The notes below the pieces were generated by a model. It was not told where the DNA came from. It ran no database searches and worked only from the letters and a program-made list of their open reading frames with translations. 64,000 bases of DNA, taken from the IMG/VR virus record IMGVR_UViG_3300027877_000003, one strand, 5' to 3'. The DNA comes from an uncultured virus (IMG/VR IMGVR_UViG_3300027877_000003) (taxonomy: Duplodnaviria; Heunggongvirae; Uroviricota; Caudoviricetes). Shown here one piece after another: positions 27,603 to 35,014 of the stretch (position 1 is its first letter; the number at the start of each line of letters is the position of its first letter). The translations under genes and the position numbers were made by a program.

Positions 27603-30463
27603 TGGCTGTAACAATAGGCCCAATTGCCGTAAATGCTAGTGCTGATGATGCCAGTCAGATCAGTGCAACTGTCAGCATCACCGCTAATCCTCTAGCCAAC
27701 TGTGATACTACTGGTAACTGGAATGGTTGGATATTCCGAGGGATTACTATTCCGGCAGGAGCTACAATTACTTCTGCTTATCTAACAGTAAATTTTACAA
27801 GCACTTCTTTAGATGAACCTGATGTAACAATTTATGGATTAGATACAGAAACTCCCGCAGCTTTTGCAGTTGCAGATAATAATATATCAAGCAGAACACG
27901 TACAACTGCAAGTGTAGATTGGGCAGTTGCTAATGCGGGTGGTGCTGATATTAATACTTCTGATATTAGTTCAATTATTACTGAACTCATTGGAAGTTAT
28001 ACATACAATAATGGAGTAATGGGGTTTGTCTGGACTAGTAGAGCGGGGGATACATCTAGGGATACATCAGCTACATCTTATGATGGAAGTTCAACAGAAT
28101 GTGCCAGATTAACAATAACTTATTCCGCTCCTTCCGCAAGCTTAAGTCCTTCTTATAGTGTATCTCCAAGTGTAAGTCCTTCTTATAGCGTTTCTCCAAG
28201 TATAAGCCAAAGTTATAGTCTAAGTCAAAGTCCAAGTATAAGTCCGTCAGTTTCACCGTCAGTTAGCCCTTCAATTTCTCCTAGCTTTAGCGTTTCTCCT
28301 AGTATCAGTGAATCGTTTAGTGTTAGTCCTTCGATCAGTCCTTCAATCAGTCTGTCAGTTTCACCTAGCGAGTCTCCGTCCATCTCTCAGAGTGCTTCTG
28401 AAAGTAGAAGTGAATCTCCGTCTGTTTCTTTGAGTTTGTCGGAATCTCCAAGCGAAAGTCCTTCTTTATCCCCAAGTGTTTCGCCTTCCATTTCTGAAAG
28501 TGCTTCAGTAAGTGTTAGTGAATCTCCGTCTGTCTCTTTAAGTATTTCAGAGAGTGCAAGCGAAAGTCCTTCTATATCTCCCTCCGCATCAGCAAGTCCT
28601 TCGGTTGGTGCTGAAAGATGTGTAGAAGACATTGTTCTTTACTTCCCAGGAAGTGAAAGTGTATCTCCTAGCGTAAGTCCTAGTGTATCAATTTCAGTAT
28701 CACCGAGCGAAAGCCCAAGTATATCTCTTTCTGCATCAGTAAGTCCCAGTATTAGTGCTTCAGTTAGTCCATCGGTTTCTGTTTCAGTTTCTCCTAGTGT
28801 ATCACCAAGCGCATCAGTCAGTGTTTCAGTTTCTCCATCCATAAGTCCTTCAGTTAGTGTAAGTGTTTCTCCTTCTATTTCACTGTCAGCTAGTGTTTCA
28901 CCCTCAGTTTCTGTTTCAGTTTCACCTTCAATCAGCCCTTCAGCAAGCGTTTCTCCTTCGGTTTCGATTTCAGTAAGTCCTTCAATAAGCCCATCTGCTA
29001 GCATTTCTATTAGTGTAAGTCCCAGTGTTTCAGTTTCAGTTAGCCCCAGTGAATCCCCAAGCATTTCACTTTCAGCCAGTGTATCTGTTAGCATTTCTCC
29101 AAGCGTTTCACCTTCAGAAAGTCCATCTATTTCTCCTTCTGCTTCTGTATCACCATCTGTAAGTATCTCAGTCAGTCCTTCTGTTTCTCAAAGTGCTTCG
29201 GTAAGTATTTCAGTATCGCCTTCAGTATCACTTTCAGTTTCACCTTCAGTTAGTCCCAGTATCTCACCGAGTTATAGCGTTTCTGTCTCTGTAAGTCCTA
29301 GCGAATCTCCTAGCATTTCTGTTTCAGTTAGTCCATCTGTTTCTCCTTCACCAAGTGTTTCTCCCAGTGTAAGTTTATCTGTCTCGCCTAGTATAAGCCC
29401 ATCTGCTTCTGTTAGCGTTAGTGTAAGTCCAAGTGTCAGTTTAAGTATTTCTTTATCTGCAAGTGTTTCACCTAGCGTTAGTCCATCAGGGTCTTTAAGT
29501 CCAAGTGCATCAGAAAGTCCTAGCCCATCATTAGGGGTAAGTGGATCATGGAGTTTATCTCCTAGTTATTCAGTTAGTCCTTCAATTAGTAAATCTGTTT
29601 CACCCAGTATTTCGCCTTCCGTTAGTCCATCAATTAGTCCTTCGGCATCGGTTAGTCCATCAGTTTCTCCAAGCGTTTCAAGAAGTTTAAGTCCATCTTA
29701 CAGTGTTTCGGTTAGTGTTTCTCCAAGCGTAAGTCTATCAATTTCTCCTTCTCCGAGTGTAAGTCCTAGTATTTCGGTTTCAGTTTCTCCTAGTATTTCT
29801 CCGTCAGCCAGTGTAAGTCGTTCAGAAAGTCCAAGCGTATCTGTTAGTGTCAGTCCAAGTCCATCAGAAATATCTTCTGGATCGCTCTCACTTTCTCCAA
29901 GCTTTTCAATAAGTCCCAGTGTTAGTAAAAGTATTTCTCCAAGTGTTAGTCCTTCAGTTAGCCCAAGTATATCACCAAGTTTCTCTGTAAGTGTTTCTGT
30001 TTCACGATCAGTATCACGCTCAATTTCTCCAAGCTATTCGATTAGTCCTAGTTTTTCAGTCAGTCTTTCACTTTCTCCATCAGCCTCTCCATCAGCATCT
30101 GTAAGTGTTAGTGTATCGGCAAGTGAATCTGCTTCAGTTAGTATTTCAATTAGTCCGAGTGAATCTCCTAGTGTTTCACCGTCAATAAGTCCGTCTGCTT
30201 CTGTATCTATTAGTGCTTCTGCATCGGAATCTTTATCAGTAAGTTTAAGTCTTTCTCCATCTGCTTCTTTTAGTCCTTCAGCCTCACGGAGTCCTAGTGC
30301 ATCTCCAAGTCCATCATTACCCCCATTACAAGATAAGCTACAATTAATAGGATCTATTATAGAAGTACAGAGTTTAGTAGGAAGTGTATATTCAATTCAA
30401 AGACAAACTTTACTAGGAAGTATAATTATAATAACTAGTTTATTAGGTGAGGTAAATAATTAA
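27602..30463 (+). CDS. 953-aa serine-rich-repeat protein with N-terminal beta-sandwich domain and C-terminal L-x-G-S repeats
   Basis: ASADDA..FRGITIPAGATITSAYLTV..ARLTITY domain, about 730 aa of Ser-X, C-terminal LIGS/LVGS/LLGS/LLGE repeats. Confidence 0.75.
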   Translation: MAVTIGPIAVNASADDASQISATVSITANPLANCDTTGNWNGWIFRGITIPAGATITSAYLTVNFTSTSLDEPDVTIYGLDTETPAAFAVADNNISSRTRTTASVDWAVANAGGADINTSDISSIITELIGSYTYNNGVMGFVWTSRAGDTSRDTSATSYDGSSTECARLTITYSAPSASLSPSYSVSPSVSPSYSVSPSISQSYSLSQSPSISPSVSPSVSPSISPSFSVSPSISESFSVSPSISPSISLSVSPSESPSISQSASESRSESPSVSLSLSESPSESPSLSPSVSPSISESASVSVSESPSVSLSISESASESPSISPSASASPSVGAERCVEDIVLYFPGSESVSPSVSPSVSISVSPSESPSISLSASVSPSISASVSPSVSVSVSPSVSPSASVSVSVSPSISPSVSVSVSPSISLSASVSPSVSVSVSPSISPSASVSPSVSISVSPSISPSASISISVSPSVSVSVSPSESPSISLSASVSVSISPSVSPSESPSISPSASVSPSVSISVSPSVSQSASVSISVSPSVSLSVSPSVSPSISPSYSVSVSVSPSESPSISVSVSPSVSPSPSVSPSVSLSVSPSISPSASVSVSVSPSVSLSISLSASVSPSVSPSGSLSPSASESPSPSLGVSGSWSLSPSYSVSPSISKSVSPSISPSVSPSISPSASVSPSVSPSVSRSLSPSYSVSVSVSPSVSLSISPSPSVSPSISVSVSPSISPSASVSRSESPSVSVSVSPSPSEISSGSLSLSPSFSISPSVSKSISPSVSPSVSPSISPSFSVSVSVSRSVSRSISPSYSISPSFSVSLSLSPSASPSASVSVSVSASESASVSISISPSESPSVSPSISPSASVSISASASESLSVSLSLSPSASFSPSASRSPSASPSPSLPPLQDKLQLIGSIIEVQSLVGSVYSIQRQTLLGSIIIITSLLGEVNN

Positions 30464-30906
30464 TGACAACGATAATCTGGCCTTCAGACACAAAAGAAGT
30501 AATAGATTCTATTAGAGGGGCAATCGGTAGAGATGTAACTTTTTGGAATGTAGTATCTCAAGAAGCTTGTGAAATTTGCTCATTAGACCCAGTAACAAAT
30601 TTATCTACAGATGCATTTTGTCCGGTCTGTTCTGGATTTTATTGGATATCTGTTTATTCAGGATATACTACTTCAGCACATATTACTTGGAATCCTGCGG
30701 AAACTTTAACATGGAATACGGGAGGTCAGCAATTTGATGGAGATTGTAGAATTCAAATAGAATATTCAGAACAAATAGCTACAATTGTAGACCAAGCTGA
30801 ATATGTAATTGTAGATAATAAGACTCTAGAAATAGAGAATAAAATTTACAGAGGGGTACAACCGCTAAATAGAATAATTTTAAATCTAATGTTGAAAGAA
30901 AAATAA
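30463..30906 (+). CDS. Head-closure/stopper-like protein with a Cys4 zinc-finger insertion
   Basis: CEIC..CPVCSG; beta-rich 147 aa; resumes the neck module after the island. Confidence 0.5.
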   Translation: MTTIIWPSDTKEVIDSIRGAIGRDVTFWNVVSQEACEICSLDPVTNLSTDAFCPVCSGFYWISVYSGYTTSAHITWNPAETLTWNTGGQQFDGDCRIQIEYSEQIATIVDQAEYVIVDNKTLEIENKIYRGVQPLNRIILNLMLKEK

Positions 30907-30940
30907 CAATAGTAAATAAAAAGGTAAGGAGGTTATAGAA

Positions 30941-31192
30941 ATGGAACGGAATAATAATATAAAATCAGAAGGAGTAGTTATTCAAGGTCTAGACGTAATT
31001 GATGTAATCAGATTTATTATCAAGAAAAATAAAAAATTTGAGGCAATAATCTTATCGGAACTGGAAGAAATCTTAGATCCAAAATCAGACGAATTTAATT
31101 TAATTAGAAAACTTTTCTTAGACGGATTTAATGATTATACCAGATCTATTTTCAGAGTTATCTTTGGAGATGTTGAACATCTAATAAAATAA
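30941..31192 (+). CDS. Hypothetical protein
   Basis: AAGGAGG RBS, 83 aa. Confidence 0.6.
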   Translation: MERNNNIKSEGVVIQGLDVIDVIRFIIKKNKKFEAIILSELEEILDPKSDEFNLIRKLFLDGFNDYTRSIFRVIFGDVEHLIK

Positions 31193-31193
31193 T

Positions 31194-32225
31194 ATGGCAA
31201 CAAAAGTAGCTATAAGTGAAAGAGATATTCTAAGAAGAGAAAAAGAAATGGCTAATAGATTAGCCGAAAAATCTGAACTCTTTAGAGATTGGTTACTCAA
31301 TACAAAAGAGATTATTGAAAAAGCAGAAATGGAACAGTATTTCTATAAAGAGGCTTTCAATAGAGCAATTAAAGATATTGAGGAACTATCTTATGATTAT
31401 CTTATCACCGCAGTTATGCAAGCTTGTATTGATTCTGTAGAATTTAATTGGCCTTCCTATATAAACCATCTTATAGGAGCTATAGAAAGTTGGAGAGATA
31501 CTAGATTAATTTTAATAGACCCTAGAGAAAATGGAATAGAAGCTTCAATAGAATTAGAAGTATTGGGAGATCTTGATCAATGGGGAGAAGCAGTTCAGGC
31601 CGCAAGAGAAGCTGGAGGATTTGGTCTAATAAAATCTGCCGATGATAGATCAAGAATGTGGAGAGAAAAAATTTATGGAACAGCTAGAGAAGGCGTAACT
31701 TTATCTAGAACAACAAAAACAGGAACAAAAGATATTACTGAGAATTACAGTTGGAAATATGACGCTACTATTAATGAAAGGCTTGGTTTTCTAGAAGCAG
31801 ATGAAGCTCCTTTCTGGTATTTACTAGAATTCGGAAATGCTGGAACAAAATTTACAAAAGACTCTGGAGGAGATCCATATCCTATTTTTGGGCCTACAAA
31901 TTTTAGATCAAACGCAGAAGCAAAAATAGCTACTGCATTTAAAGATCTTTATGAAATGCATCATCAGGTTGTAGCTCAAGAAATGTTTGAATCTTTAGGA
32001 TTGGTAGGAGGAGGGAGAACATATAAAGAATTATACGATGAAGCACAAAGAGAATTTAATGAATGGTTTCCAGATTACAATCCTCCAGAAATAAAATACG
32101 GAGCTACTATATCAAAAATAACTACAGCAACTGTTGATTTGGAAGCATATATTACTACAACAGGTGCTTTAAAAACAAGAGCTAGAGGAAGAGGAGGACA
32201 TTTTGTACCTCTTCCAAAGGATTAA
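31194..32225 (+). CDS. Neck/tail-completion-like protein (putative)
   Basis: PFWYLLEFGN resembles the HK97-gp10-like 'LEFG' motif; position before the tail terminator. Confidence 0.4.
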   Translation: MATKVAISERDILRREKEMANRLAEKSELFRDWLLNTKEIIEKAEMEQYFYKEAFNRAIKDIEELSYDYLITAVMQACIDSVEFNWPSYINHLIGAIESWRDTRLILIDPRENGIEASIELEVLGDLDQWGEAVQAAREAGGFGLIKSADDRSRMWREKIYGTAREGVTLSRTTKTGTKDITENYSWKYDATINERLGFLEADEAPFWYLLEFGNAGTKFTKDSGGDPYPIFGPTNFRSNAEAKIATAFKDLYEMHHQVVAQEMFESLGLVGGGRTYKELYDEAQREFNEWFPDYNPPEIKYGATISKITTATVDLEAYITTTGALKTRARGRGGHFVPLPKD

Positions 32226-32230
32226 ATAAT

Positions 32231-32683
32231 ATGGAATTTCAAAGAAAATGTGATCTAAGTGTTTATTATTATATCCAGAATCTATTTATAGATACTCCAT
32301 ACATTGCAATTGTAGATGATTTTCCTGTACAGAATTTAGTAGTTCCCACTATTTCTGTAGTAGCGAGGGTCATTAACTTAGAACCATTGGAACTAGGAAA
32401 TAGAAAAGGATATAGTATTCGTCTGTGGGATATAGATGTATTCGCTGCGAATAAAGCACAGCGAGATGAAATTGGGTATAAGATTCTCGACAACATCGAG
32501 AGTAAAATTCCTGTGTATGATTATGATGAAGGATTTCCTCCAGACATTTCTCCTACACAATTGGGATGCTTATTCCCTTCACAAATAAGGATGGAAGTTA
32601 TTGACGTGAATCCTTATTTGGTTAGTAAATTATATTGGCGATCTAGAGTTAGCTTTTTGGCTACTTACTCTACTTCTCTTTAG
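32231..32683 (+). CDS. Tail terminator protein
   Basis: DDFP...VPTISV...ELGN...WDIDVFAANKAQRDEI; directly before the tail tube gene. Confidence 0.6.
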   Translation: MEFQRKCDLSVYYYIQNLFIDTPYIAIVDDFPVQNLVVPTISVVARVINLEPLELGNRKGYSIRLWDIDVFAANKAQRDEIGYKILDNIESKIPVYDYDEGFPPDISPTQLGCLFPSQIRMEVIDVNPYLVSKLYWRSRVSFLATYSTSL

Positions 32684-32697
32684 GAGGTTTTTAAAAA

Positions 32698-33888
32698 ATG
32701 GCAAAACGTTTAGCAATCCCATCAAAGGAACTAGCGTTGAGAGTAGTTGGGCCTACCAACTCCTTCTTCGCCTCCAGAGTTCAAAGATTAAGCCTCAATA
32801 CTGATGTACCAGTTACTCAGATTGATGAGTTGGGAAATCCTCTCCACGCTGGAACAGCGTTGGATGTACCGACGATTACCTTAACTTTCTCTGCATTTGA
32901 TGTAAGTGTGAAAGTATTCTCTGTTCTTACCGGAACAGATCCAACCGCTTATCCTGCGGCTGGTGTAGATATTGGTGAGTTATCAGAAATTGATGCGATC
33001 ATGTATGTGAAAGATCCATTGGTAGCTGATTATGTCAAATCTGCCCACGCTAAAAGATTGCAGGTTAGAGACTTTACATTCACTTATAATGTGACTGGAG
33101 AATCAACTGAGGACTATACTGCGATTGGTTCTGAAAAGAGATGGTTCAAGAATGATGTTATCGTAGACAGGTTTGTTACGGGAACTACTTCTTTCACTCT
33201 TACTCAGACTCCAATACAGCTCAACAACGGAAATAAAGTATTAACCGTTATTTTAGACGGTGCTTACTTAACTGAAGTTGCCGCTGGCCCTGCCACCGGA
33301 GAGTTTAGTGTTTCTGGAACTACATTAACTACTTACGATTCAAGAACTTCTCAGCTATTAGCTATCTACCATGCTGATCCTGCTGGAAATAATTGGACTG
33401 ATATTGGTGATGCTACCATTCCAGCCGCTATTCGTGGTCAAGATGTTGATATTCAAATTAAAGCAATTGGTATTCCTAGAGTTCAATCTGTAACTATCAA
33501 TGGTAATCTTAATCCTCAGGCAGTTAGAGAGCTTGGGAACAGAGCTATTGTTGGTTATCAGAAACAAGTTCCTACAGTAGACGGCAATATTACTGTGTTA
33601 GATACTGACACAGAATTAATTGATCTTCTATTGAACGGAAGTATTAACTCAGGAGAAACCGAATTTGAACTATCAGCTTCTTGTGCAGTTAGTGGGATCG
33701 ATCTGGAAGTAATTCTATACGATCCTTGTGAAACTGAAGGTACAGCAGTTCTAAAAACAGTTTATATTCCGTCTTTGAGATTAACTGGAGATGCTTACAC
33801 TATCAATGTAAACGATAATGCTCAACAGGTATTTAACTGGCAAAGTGATACCGCTGAGTGCATCGTTTATAGTGGTGCAAGACCCTAA
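32698..33888 (+). CDS. Major tail tube protein (with internal beta-domain insertion)
   Basis: Strong RBS, beta-rich, internally repeated RVQ..S.N..(D/R)ELGN motif, followed by a terminator and chaperone pair. No sheath gene seen. Confidence 0.7.
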   Translation: MAKRLAIPSKELALRVVGPTNSFFASRVQRLSLNTDVPVTQIDELGNPLHAGTALDVPTITLTFSAFDVSVKVFSVLTGTDPTAYPAAGVDIGELSEIDAIMYVKDPLVADYVKSAHAKRLQVRDFTFTYNVTGESTEDYTAIGSEKRWFKNDVIVDRFVTGTTSFTLTQTPIQLNNGNKVLTVILDGAYLTEVAAGPATGEFSVSGTTLTTYDSRTSQLLAIYHADPAGNNWTDIGDATIPAAIRGQDVDIQIKAIGIPRVQSVTINGNLNPQAVRELGNRAIVGYQKQVPTVDGNITVLDTDTELIDLLLNGSINSGETEFELSASCAVSGIDLEVILYDPCETEGTAVLKTVYIPSLRLTGDAYTINVNDNAQQVFNWQSDTAECIVYSGARP

Positions 33889-33930
33889 TAATTAAATATT
33901 TATAATTAGACTATAAGCAAAAGGAATAAG

Positions 33931-33988
33931 AAAAGGAGTCGCAATAGTAAATTAGATATACTTCTGATTCGTATTGTGACTCCTTTTT
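33931..33988 (+). terminator. Long hairpin with U-tract after the tail tube gene
   Basis: AAAAGGAGTCGCAATA (33931-46) pairs with TATTGTGACTCCTTTT (33972-87), one G-U pair. Confidence 0.7.
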
Positions 33989-34010
33989 CAATCCATAGGA
34001 GAGGAAAATA

Positions 34011-34742
34011 ATGGAATCAATTGATCGGAATGATGTAAATATTTCTATGCTTTTTAATTGGGGAAAAGAATTTATTCTTTATGATGAGAATAAAAAAGAA
34101 CTTTTCAAAGTTTATTTAAGAATCATTGGCGACTCTGATTTGAATAAAGCAAAAGTTTATGCCCTTAGAAAAAGTGCAGAGATGAGAAAGAAACTAAAGG
34201 AAGAAGGAAGTGATGAGAGAATTGCTTATCTTCCAGATCCAGAATTAGTAGATAAGGAAGCATTGATCGAAGTTTCTTTATCAGCTTCTACTAGAAGATT
34301 TTCTCAAGAAGTAATTAAAGAACTTAGATTAAATCTTCCTACAGAGCCTAAATCAGACGCTTCTTTAGAGGAACATGAGGAATATCAACAAGTTATTGAT
34401 AACTGGCCTAGAGTAAGGATGGAGAAATTAGAGGAAGGATTAAGAAAGAAAGTTGAAACAGAAAGAAAAAGATTAGGCACTTTTTCAAAGAAAGAACTGT
34501 TCAATTACTATGAAGATTCTTTAATCAATGAATTTTGTGAAATGGAAATGCTAACTGCTTACGCTGAAATGAGCACTTATCTAGCAACTTACTCAGATTC
34601 AGAATATAAAACTAGAATGTTTTCTTCTCTAGAAGAGTTTAAAGATCTTCCTAAGTTTATTAAAGATCAATTACAAAAATACTATTCAGAGTTGGACATT
34701 AGAATTGAAGACCTAAAAAAATTGCCAGGAGCAACGCAATAG
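34011..34742 (+). CDS. Tail assembly chaperone (gpG-like)
   Basis: Between tube and tape measure genes; ends in slippery CTA AAA AAA TTG. Confidence 0.7.
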   Translation: MESIDRNDVNISMLFNWGKEFILYDENKKELFKVYLRIIGDSDLNKAKVYALRKSAEMRKKLKEEGSDERIAYLPDPELVDKEALIEVSLSASTRRFSQEVIKELRLNLPTEPKSDASLEEHEEYQQVIDNWPRVRMEKLEEGLRKKVETERKRLGTFSKKELFNYYEDSLINEFCEMEMLTAYAEMSTYLATYSDSEYKTRMFSSLEEFKDLPKFIKDQLQKYYSELDIRIEDLKKLPGATQ

Positions 34743-35014
34743 CTTCTTTGTGGTCAGTAACTAAAGCGTTGCAAATTCCTTTAGATAACACTATAAAATT
34801 TATTTCTGAAATCCCTTATACCATTTCTTATGTGATAAGGAAAAGACTTCAGATAGACAGTCTAAATGAACTGCCTAAAGAAAAAAGACCACCAGAATTA
34901 ATGTTGTGGGACGGTATGCCAGAGGAAATAGAAGAATGGTTGGAGAAAGTTTATGATACCAAAAAACCACAGCAAAGTAATATAACAATTAAGTTAGATG
35001 ATATAGAGGGCTAA
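34721..35014 (+). CDS. Tail assembly chaperone extension (gpT-like), reached by -1 frameshift
   Basis: The -1 frame from 34721 reads IARSNAIASLWSVTK... without a stop into ORF 34748-35014, which has no RBS of its own. Confidence 0.75.
   Translation: MARSNAIASLWSVTKALQIPLDNTIKFISEIPYTISYVIRKRLQIDSLNELPKEKRPPELMLWDGMPEEIEEWLEKVYDTKKPQQSNITIKLDDIEG

Larger units (their letters stand above)
18749..30318 (+). repeat. Seven coding tracts of alternating Ser-X dipeptide repeats (X mostly P, V, I, A, L, E)
   Basis: Approximate tracts: 18749-18868, 19520-19710, 20378-20765, 21440-22058, 23950-24480, 26151-27258, 28124-30318. Confidence 0.95.

Noticed and set aside
20317..29094. Minus-strand ORFs rich in TEG/DGL/LGL (20317, 21367, 21919, 23910, 28387, 28639)
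   Set aside because: Antisense shadows of the Ser-X codon pattern, fully inside long plus-strand genes, with no RBS.
32698..35014. Contractile tail sheath
   Set aside because: No sheath-sized gene or baseplate wedge (gpJ/gp25-like) set between terminator and tape measure; the layout is siphovirus-like.
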